The notes under the pieces were generated by a model. That model saw only the letters and a list, made by a program, of their open reading frames with translations. It ran no database searches and was not told the DNA's origin. The translations under genes and the position numbers were made by a program. A DNA stretch of 5,040 nt. Source: Candidatus Woesearchaeota archaeon (GTDB lineage Archaea > Nanobdellota > Nanobdellia > Nanobdellales > Nanobdellaceae). Location: NCBI GenBank assembly GCA_964468425.1, contig CAYXSZ010000066.1, forward strand, positions 1 through 5,040. The letters are read 5' to 3'. Position 1 is the stretch's first letter. The number at the start of each line of letters is the position of its first letter. Shown piece by piece: positions 1-5,008 of this stretch.

Positions 1-711
1 ATTAAATTGATTTATACCTTTATGTAACTGATACTCTTGCGTAATAACTTTTATAGGAGAAAATGCTACATCGTTCCATTTGACGATGTAAACTTTAAAT
101 AATGCTGCAGTGCTTATATTCGACAAGATACACAGGTTCAACTTGAGTGTTTTGTCTACTTTTTCTCCAACAGGTCCTGGAACTCCATTTATAGTAGTAC
201 AGTTTCTCAATATCTTAATGTAAGGATACTCGCCGGATCCTCTTAAATAAAAATTATATGAAAGTGGGGATGCAAATATAAAAGGTATACCTATTAATGG
301 AATATAATGAGAATGTAGATAAACATCCAACCTATAATACCCAGGAGATATATCCGAAGGTATGTTCCATTTAAATGAAAAGCAGTTCGGTAAGCCATAA
401 ATAATTGTCTTTTTCTCAACTTTCTCATAAATTATGTTATCTTCAGAAACCTGGCTGGGGTAAATATAATTTTTACCTTTAACAACTTCCCAAACAATAT
501 ATGCATCTGGTATAGTAATTGGAGGCTTATCATAACATAAAGAACATAAAAGTGTGTTATTTGCAACATTACAGTTCAAATTTGCTGGAATTCTGTATTG
601 ATTTATTACATAGCTACTCTGCAACTTGGTAACATTTACATTCTGCAGACTATAGACACAGTTAACTAGTAAGAGCAAGGTTATGGATAATACTCTAAAT
701 TCCTTCCTCAT
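1..711 (-). CDS. Secreted or cell-surface protein of unknown function; 5' complete, 3' end cut by the window edge (237 codons visible)
   Basis: Not in the supplied track, presumably because no stop codon lies inside the window. The minus-strand ATG is the reverse complement of cat at 709..711. I checked every plus-strand triplet in register 1,4,7... for TTA/CTA/TCA and found none between 1 and 711. TTA at 712..714 is an in-frame stop just upstream of the ATG. The N-terminus MRKEFRVLSITLLLLVNCVYS-LQ looks like a Sec signal (basic n-region, hydrophobic core). The visible part has four N-x-S/T sequons (NVT, NNT, NCT, NIS), six Cys after the signal, and an aromatic, beta-rich composition. I recognise no family. 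Confidence 0.6.
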   Translation of the reverse strand, partial: MRKEFRVLSITLLLLVNCVYSLQNVNVTKLQSSYVINQYRIPANLNCNVANNTLLCSLCYDKPPITIPDAYIVWEVVKGKNYIYPSQVSEDNIIYEKVEKKTIIYGLPNCFSFKWNIPSDISPGYYRLDVYLHSHYIPLIGIPFIFASPLSYNFYLRGSGEYPYIKILRNCTTINGVPGPVGEKVDKTLKLNLCILSNISTAALFKVYIVKWNDVAFSPIKVITQEYQLHKGINQFN

Positions 712-713
712 TT

Positions 714-721
714 AAAAAAAA
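714..721 (-). terminator. Oligo-T tract (T8 in minus sense), candidate archaeal terminator for lonB
   Basis: The A8 run on the plus strand at 714..721 reads T8 on the minus strand and begins 30 nt downstream of the lonB stop (751..753). Archaeal RNA polymerase terminates at oligo-T tracts. This is positional evidence only. Confidence 0.3.
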
Positions 722-733
722 TACTTGATGAAC

Positions 734-744
734 ATAAATTTTTT
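734..744 (-). promoter_or_regulatory. Candidate TATA box for the 1..711 gene, implying a leaderless mRNA
   Basis: The minus-sense sequence is AAAAAATTTAT. Its TTTAT core is centred about 25 nt upstream of the ATG at 711. No Shine-Dalgarno-like purine run lies between it and the ATG. Confidence 0.3.
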
Positions 745-750
745 ACGTAT

Positions 751-2616
751 TTACTTATTAGTGGTTATTTTTCTTTTTCGAAGCGCAATTTTAATAACAT
801 CATTGATTGTTTTTACGGGAGTAACTTTGATTTTTTCGAAGATGTCGTCCGGTACATCTTTAAGGTTCATTTTGGGAATTAGAACTTCTTTTAATCCTGA
901 ATCTATAGCTGCTTCGATTTTAGGAATTATCCCACCAACAGGTAACACTTCCCCTCGAATAGAGAGAGACCCTGTCATTGCAACGTCTTGCCTGACCTTC
1001 CAACCCTTTAGAGCCGATATTATAGCTGTTGCTACAGTTATAGATGCCGAATCACCTTCTACACCTTCATAAGCTTGTAAAAACTGAACGTGTACATCAT
1101 ATTTCTTTAGATCCTCGTTAAACAACTTTTTAATAACAGCAGAAACATTCGTTATAGCTTCTCTTGCTATTTTTCCAAGGTTACCTGTAGCTATAATTTT
1201 TCCTTTACCCGTTCCCGGAACCACCTCCGCCTCCACAGGTAGAACAATTCCCGAATAGAATAAACGGGATCCGATTACGGCTAAACCATTTACCCTTCCC
1301 ACCTCGTAACCTTCGGTTTTTATTAGCTGGTATTCTTTTTTCTTTTTGATGTAATCCCTCGCTAACTTTTCCTCAAGAGTGGATGCTTTTTCTTTAGCCT
1401 CTAAGACATCTTCTGGTTCTACAAATTCTTTTCCTTTAGATCTAGCAATATCTCCAGCTAATCTAATTAAACCTCCAAGGTCTCTTAGTCTTAGAGTTAA
1501 GTAACCTTTTCTACCAGATCTTCGCTGAGCTTCTTTGATTATTTCTATAACAGCTTCTTTCGTGAAGTGGGGTATTTTTCCATCCTTCTTAACTTCTTGT
1601 GCCACAAACTGAGCGAATTTAAGAGCAGTATCTTCATTAAATTCGATTTCAGAATTCATCAAGATTTCGTATCCGTATCCACGAATTCTCGATCGTAAGG
1701 CGGGGTGTAGATACTTTAAAGTTTCGATATTTCCGGCTGCTACGAGAATAAAATCAGCAGGAGCGGGAGTAGTTCTAACCATCGAACCTGCGGAACGCTC
1801 AGACCTTCCATAAATCGGATATTTCTTTTCTTGAAGCACGGTTAAGAGTTCTACCTGCGTATCGGGTCTAAGCGTTCCAATTTCATCTATGAACAGCACC
1901 CCCTTATGCGCCCTGTGTATGGCTCCCGGAATGACTCTCAAATGTGCTGGAGTTTCGAGACCCCCACTTTGAAAAGGATCGTGAAGCACATCTCCGAAAA
2001 GCATTCCCTCGTGTGCTCCCGTTGCATCAACAAAAGGAACTGTTTTTCTTCCCGAGTTGTCTACTAAAAGCTTCGGAATGTTTTTCATAATCTGTCTTTG
2101 TAGCATCTGCATTGAAATAGAAAATCCAGCGAGAAATAGCATCGATCCGATAAAAGTTGCAGCTGCCATAATTTTATCCCCAATGTAATAGAAGTACCAG
2201 GGGATGAGCACAACGATTAGCATAATTATAGTGTATAACATTTGCACTTTCTGCATTTTCTCCGCAAATTGTTTTTTATATTGATTAACAATTAATCTTC
2301 CCTGTCCAGCAGGGACTGTCTTAACAATCGGTTGAAATTCATCTTGAGGATTCGGAAATACGAGAATGTCTTCTAATTCCTGAAGAACTTCTTTATTTTT
2401 TGATAACAACTCCGCCATAGCCTGAGCAAGCATAGACTTCCCTGTTCCTGGTTCTCCAATTAACAAAACGTGTCTTTTTTGCTTTGCAGCTCTTTTAATG
2501 ATATCCACAGCGTGGTCTTGACCTATAATTTGATCGATTATTTGTTCTGGAACTGAAACCTCTTTAGTTGTTTTGAACTTGAAGAGTTCTCGAAGCTTTG
2601 AGAGTTCGATTGACAT
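751..2616 (-). CDS. lonB: Archaeal membrane-bound ATP-dependent Lon protease (LonB type)
   Basis: 621 aa. Walker A GEPGTGKS is at 2434..2457. Two hydrophobic helices (about aa 125-169, 2110..2244) are inserted between Walker A and Walker B VLFIDE (1882..1899), which is the hallmark of archaeal LonB. The conserved HDPFQSGG segment is present. The C-terminal Lon protease domain has EGDSAS (Ser523, 1048..1050) and GGIIPKIEAA (Lys566, 919..921) as the Ser-Lys dyad. The protein is collinear with my recollection of Thermococcus LonB along its whole length. No intein-sized insertion is present. Confidence 0.95.
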   Translation of the reverse strand: MSIELSKLRELFKFKTTKEVSVPEQIIDQIIGQDHAVDIIKRAAKQKRHVLLIGEPGTGKSMLAQAMAELLSKNKEVLQELEDILVFPNPQDEFQPIVKTVPAGQGRLIVNQYKKQFAEKMQKVQMLYTIIMLIVVLIPWYFYYIGDKIMAAATFIGSMLFLAGFSISMQMLQRQIMKNIPKLLVDNSGRKTVPFVDATGAHEGMLFGDVLHDPFQSGGLETPAHLRVIPGAIHRAHKGVLFIDEIGTLRPDTQVELLTVLQEKKYPIYGRSERSAGSMVRTTPAPADFILVAAGNIETLKYLHPALRSRIRGYGYEILMNSEIEFNEDTALKFAQFVAQEVKKDGKIPHFTKEAVIEIIKEAQRRSGRKGYLTLRLRDLGGLIRLAGDIARSKGKEFVEPEDVLEAKEKASTLEEKLARDYIKKKKEYQLIKTEGYEVGRVNGLAVIGSRLFYSGIVLPVEAEVVPGTGKGKIIATGNLGKIAREAITNVSAVIKKLFNEDLKKYDVHVQFLQAYEGVEGDSASITVATAIISALKGWKVRQDVAMTGSLSIRGEVLPVGGIIPKIEAAIDSGLKEVLIPKMNLKDVPDDIFEKIKVTPVKTINDVIKIALRKRKITTNK

Positions 2617-2651
2617 AGAAATTATTTAAAAAACAAACATAAAAGGTTTAA
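2617..2651. promoter_or_regulatory. 35-bp divergent intergenic region with two TATA-like boxes, each about 25 nt from the opposite start codon
   Basis: The sequence is agaaattatttaaaaaacaaacataaaaggtttaa. TATTTAAA (2623..2630) is centred about 25.5 nt upstream of ATG 2652 on the plus strand. CTTTTAT in minus sense (within 2639..2646) is centred about 25.5 nt upstream of the lonB ATG at 2616. There is no room for 5' UTRs, so both mRNAs would be leaderless. Confidence 0.4.
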
Positions 2652-3440
2652 ATGAAGAAATGGGTTGTCTATTCAGCAATAATAGCTTTTTTCTTAGCTT
2701 ATAATAATTGGGAAACCTTTTATACAGGTGTAATTAGCTACCTCTTCGCGTTTGTATTCACCTTATTTAACTTCTGGCTCTTTGAATGCATTTTGAAGCT
2801 AGTTGGGGAATACTATGGAATATCAATTGAGCTACAAGGTTTTAAAATAAAAAAAGAGACTACCAAGTTTTCTCACAAGATAAAAGAGATCATTGTTTCT
2901 GAAAAGAAAATGCCTTTGGATTTCATAGCAACGCTCCTTTTAGGACTTGCAACTTCAGGATTTGTGTTTCCTGTTATGCTAACAGCCAAATTTTCAACAA
3001 TAGAAGCCAAGCGCATTGGTAAAACTGAAGATCTTGAAATTAAGTATGCAGAAAAAGGAAGAATAATTATATTCGGGATCGTTATCCTGTGGTTGCTATT
3101 CTCCATTATTAAAACCGTTTCATTCTTAAATCCAGTCGTTCAAGCCTACATTTCATTCACATATCATTTTATAGCAATGCTAACGTGGTCTGCACTTACG
3201 CCTTTTAATTTACTGTTAAGTTATTTGCTCGTAGAACGATTTGGTTATGAGTTTACTGGGATCAGTCTCGGCGACATCTTGATATTCTCCAAAACACCAT
3301 ACTACAAGGCAGTTATTGCTTCGTTAGTGTTTTTACCGATAGTTGGAGTGTTATTAGACCCATTTAGCTTGTTGATAATAATTTTAGCGATATTTAGTCT
3401 AGTTTGGAGCAGAGAGAAGTTTAAGGAGGCTTTTTCTTAA
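2652..3440 (+). CDS. Polytopic membrane protein (about 6-8 TM segments); possible degenerate M50/site-2-protease-like protein lacking the HExxH histidines
   Basis: 262 aa with repeated hydrophobic segments 18-25 residues long. Charged loops lie at aa 52-88 and 113-137. Residues 43-60 (LFECILKLVGEYYGISIE) align without gaps to the M50 active-site helix pattern HELGHalvArrYGvkv but carry F44 and L48 in place of the two His. FNLLL at aa 185-189 resembles the M50 FNLLP motif. The CDS call is solid; the family assignment is tentative. Confidence 0.8.
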   Translation: MKKWVVYSAIIAFFLAYNNWETFYTGVISYLFAFVFTLFNFWLFECILKLVGEYYGISIELQGFKIKKETTKFSHKIKEIIVSEKKMPLDFIATLLLGLATSGFVFPVMLTAKFSTIEAKRIGKTEDLEIKYAEKGRIIIFGIVILWLLFSIIKTVSFLNPVVQAYISFTYHFIAMLTWSALTPFNLLLSYLLVERFGYEFTGISLGDILIFSKTPYYKAVIASLVFLPIVGVLLDPFSLLIIILAIFSLVWSREKFKEAFS

Positions 3441-3482
3441 ATTGTTGCTAGCAGAGAGGACAGTAGGTAGAGTGACTTTAGA

Positions 3483-3490
3483 TTTATAAG
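3483..3490 (+). promoter_or_regulatory. Best TATA-box candidate (TTTATAAG) for the downstream plus-strand operon
   Basis: This is the closest match to the archaeal TTTAWA-type consensus in the 3441..3595 intergenic region. Its centre lies about 26-27 nt upstream of 3513/3514. That position coincides with the ATG of a 26-codon sORF (3514..3594). Confidence 0.3.
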
Positions 3491-3595
3491 TTCAAACAGC
3501 CATAGAAAATTTAATGGAAAATAAAATAAAACCAGTGAAGTTACAGGTACTCGCTTTTCGGCTTATTCCATCAAGTTCTCTAGTTCTTGTATAAG

Positions 3596-3982
3596 ATGGA
3601 AGAAAAAATCATAGAAGAACTCCTAAGAATTGACGAGTATAAGAGCTCTCTAAACAAGATAAACGACCTTCTCACTCTCATAAAAGATACAAAATCAGCT
3701 ATTAACAATATTTTATTGGAGATTAACAATTTGAGATCTTTTTCAGAAGAAATTGACAAAGCTCTAAAGGAATTTCAAGAGAAGATTAATGAAGATTTTT
3801 CTAAAAGAGACAAAAAGATAAAAGCTCTTGAAGAGAAGATAAATTATTTGGAAGTTGAGATATCTAATCTTAAGGATACTATCGCTTCGTTGGAGAAAAA
3901 TTTAGAGAAAGAAATCGAAAAGAGAAAGGAAGCGGAGATCAAATACAAGTTACTAGTTGAAAGACTTCAAGATCTTGTATGA
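3596..3982 (+). CDS. Coiled-coil protein of unknown function (128 aa from ATG 3596)
   Basis: The track ORF starts at 3587, which is a TTG. The first ATG in frame is 3596 (MEEKIIEELL...), and I prefer it. The composition is strongly K/E/L/I/N rich with heptad-like periodicity throughout (for example KALEEKINYLEVEISNLKDTIASLEKNLEKEIEKRKEAE). The stop overlaps the pth2 start in an ATGA (3979..3982). Confidence 0.75.
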   Translation: MEEKIIEELLRIDEYKSSLNKINDLLTLIKDTKSAINNILLEINNLRSFSEEIDKALKEFQEKINEDFSKRDKKIKALEEKINYLEVEISNLKDTIASLEKNLEKEIEKRKEAEIKYKLLVERLQDLV

Positions 3983-4326
3983 AATACAAACTGGTTATAG
4001 TCGTTCGAGAGGATCTAAAAGTGTCTCCAGGAAAGCTCGCAGCCCAGGTTGCGCACGCGGCAGTGGAATGCGTTCTTCAATCAGATCGAGAGTTAATAAA
4101 TCTCTGGAGAAAAGAGGGAGCTAAAAAAGTTGTTTTGAAAGTTCCAAGCTTATGTGAACTTTTGGAAATCTACAAACAGGCTAAAGATCTCGGATTGACT
4201 TCTGTTTTAATCAGAGACGCTGGCTTAACAGAAGTGGAGCCGGGCACAATAACTTGTGTAGGCATCGGTCCTGATCTCGAGGAAAAGATTGATAAAGTTA
4301 CAGGAAACTTAAAATTGTATCGATGA
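3979..4326 (+). CDS. pth2: Peptidyl-tRNA hydrolase, archaeal/eukaryotic type (Pth2)
   Basis: 115 aa. The sequence reads MKYKLVIVVREDLKVSPGKLAAQVAHAAV...KVVLKV...IRDAGLTEVEPGTITCVGIGP...IDKVTGNLKLY. It matches the PTH2 family pattern along its full length, including the GK(L/M)xAQxxHA, IRDAG(x)T and (V/I)TGxLKL segments. Length is typical for the family. Confidence 0.95.
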   Translation: MKYKLVIVVREDLKVSPGKLAAQVAHAAVECVLQSDRELINLWRKEGAKKVVLKVPSLCELLEIYKQAKDLGLTSVLIRDAGLTEVEPGTITCVGIGPDLEEKIDKVTGNLKLYR

Positions 4327-4673
4327 TCGAGCTAAAGGAGTGGTGGGATGTGGAATATCGAATACTCCCCGAGGAAAGTATAAGGTACTCTAAAATAGTT
4401 TTAATTACGATCAAAAACCACTCCCCACGCATTCGAAAGTTCAAGATCGGAGTTGAAAACATTCACATCAAAAATAAATTAAATAATTTAAGAATTAAAA
4501 TGTTTTTAGATGTCTATCAAAACCCGTTAGTCTTGGAAATTGATAAATACAAGAAAGAAGAAGTCGGAATTGCAATTCCAAGGTTAGCTCTCCCCGAAGA
4601 CGATGCGAAGATAGTTTTCTATGTCGAAAATGAAGATACAGGAGAAAGGAAAACGTTCGAGGTCTTTTTATAA
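4323..4673 (+). CDS. Hypothetical 116-aa cytoplasmic protein, beta-rich; possibly a divergent Sm-like/Rpp29-like protein (speculative)
   Basis: The start overlaps the pth2 stop in an ATGA (4323..4326). An in-frame GTG at 4350 preceded by AAGGAG (4335..4340) is an alternative start. There is no signal peptide or TM segment. Alternating hydrophobic patterns suggest beta strands. The 3' end overlaps rnp4 by 53 nt in another frame. Confidence 0.7.
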   Translation: MIELKEWWDVEYRILPEESIRYSKIVLITIKNHSPRIRKFKIGVENIHIKNKLNNLRIKMFLDVYQNPLVLEIDKYKKEEVGIAIPRLALPEDDAKIVFYVENEDTGERKTFEVFL

Positions 4674-4998
4674 CCGAATAATTCTCAAGCGAATAAACAT
4701 TCTCTTTAAAAGAGCTATAGATGTATTGGATAAAGATCCTGCGTTGGCTAGAAGATACATCTACATCCTTTGGAAACTCAAGCAGAAAGCTAAAGTTCAG
4801 CTTCCAAGGAACTTGAGGAATAAATTCTGTAAGAAATGTTTTGCTCCCTGGGTGGTTGGAAAAACTTTAAGAGTTAGAATAAGAAACGGAAAGATAATCT
4901 ACACATGTCTTAGCTGTGGAAAGGTCAAACGCTTTAAAATTAGAAAATCTGCAGTGGTGACCTCTCATCACCCTCAGCTCCTGCAGAACTCTTCATAG
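4621..4998 (+). CDS. rnp4: Ribonuclease P protein component 4 (Rpp21/Rpr2 family)
   Basis: 125 aa. The basic N-terminus and helical region (RIILKRINILFKRAIDVLDKDPALARRYIYILWKLKQKAKVQLPRNLRNKFCKKC) resemble my recollection of Pyrococcus Rpp21. A four-Cys zinc ribbon follows, CKKC...CLSC (4828..4917). The start could be ATG 4621 or ATG 4630; both overlap the upstream ORF. The last 15 codons (AVVTSHHPQLLQNSS) are atypical in composition and lie in a GC-rich hairpin-forming stretch. Confidence 0.9.
   Translation: MSKMKIQEKGKRSRSFYNRIILKRINILFKRAIDVLDKDPALARRYIYILWKLKQKAKVQLPRNLRNKFCKKCFAPWVVGKTLRVRIRNGKIIYTCLSCGKVKRFKIRKSAVVTSHHPQLLQNSS
4948..4996 (-). ncRNA. Candidate C/D-box-like small RNA antisense to the 3' end of rnp4 (low confidence); the alternative reading is a plain hairpin
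   Basis: The minus-sense layout is ATGAAGA (4996..4990, C-like, one mismatch) - 12 nt - CTGA (4977..4974, D') - GG - GTGATGA (4971..4965, perfect C') - 13 nt - CAGA (4951..4948, D-like, one mismatch) - TTTT (4947..4944). An AT-rich TATA-like run (minus-sense TTTATTTATTTAAAA, 5031..5017) is centred about 28 nt upstream of the C-like box. Locally 23 of 40 nt are G/C in an otherwise AT-rich window. Confidence 0.25.
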
Positions 4999-5003
4999 TT
5001 AGA

Positions 5004-5008
5004 TTTTT
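5004..5008 (+). terminator. T5 tract 6 nt after the rnp4 stop, preceded by a nested inverted repeat; candidate operon terminator
   Basis: TCTGCAG (4948..4954) pairs with CTGCAGA (4981..4987). GGTGA (4956..4960) pairs with TCACC (4968..4972). The TAG stop (4996..4998) and TTTTT (5004..5008) follow. Confidence 0.25.

Noticed and set aside
655-711. Lipoprotein lipobox in the signal peptide of the 1..711 product (LLVNC)
   Set aside because: Asn immediately before the Cys is atypical for a lipobox. A standard signal-peptidase cleavage after VYS fits at least as well. It cannot be settled by eye.
725-1072. 115-aa plus-strand ORF from the track
   Set aside because: It lies entirely antisense to the well-supported C-terminal protease domain of lonB. 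Its translation is low-complexity and hydrophobic (an I/L/F/S/T-rich shadow of K/E/I-rich coding sequence). It has no recognisable motif and no promoter context.
751-2616. Lon-like protease as part of a defence system (for example a BrxL-type protease) or as an intein host
   Set aside because: The architecture is the canonical archaeal housekeeping LonB, with a TM hairpin inserted in the AAA+ module and a Ser-Lys protease domain. The protein is uninterrupted at 621 aa. No defence-type neighbours (methyltransferase, nuclease, helicase) are present.
2873-3106. 77-aa minus-strand ORF from the track
   Set aside because: It lies entirely antisense within the 262-aa membrane-protein gene. It has no motifs and looks like a typical shadow ORF in AT-rich coding sequence.
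3424-3444. AGGAGG (3424..3429) near the end of the membrane-protein gene as a ribosome-binding site for a hidden downstream gene
   Set aside because: The only nearby start-like codon is TTG 3442, which opens a 15-codon frame. The hexamer is explained by the codons for K-E-A in the C-terminus KEAFS.
3446-3453. 8-bp palindrome TGCTAGCA just after the membrane-protein gene, considered as a terminator stem or operator
   Set aside because: It is too short to be meaningful and cannot form a hairpin because there is no loop. No second copy occurs in the window.
3587-3595. TTG start at 3587 for the coiled-coil gene, as given in the track
   Set aside because: The codon at 3587 is TTG. An in-frame ATG follows three codons later at 3596, and nothing favours the TTG. 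I therefore annotate from 3596.
3596-3982. Coiled-coil protein as a prefoldin subunit
   Set aside because: The size is similar, but heptad-like helix propensity runs straight through the centre. There is no beta-hairpin segment separating two coiled-coil arms.
4335-4383. Strong Shine-Dalgarno-like AAGGAG followed by ATG at 4348
   Set aside because: ATG 4348 is out of frame with the 116-aa ORF and opens only an 11-codon frame (MWNIEYSPRKV). The purine run simply encodes K-E-W-W. The in-frame GTG at 4350 remains a possible alternative start, but the ATGA junction at 4323 matches the other junctions in the operon.
4954-4960. Plus-strand GTGGTGA as a C box
   Set aside because: It is an imperfect box, and no CTGA occurs downstream on the plus strand at guide spacing. 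Only the minus-strand reading gives an ordered box layout.
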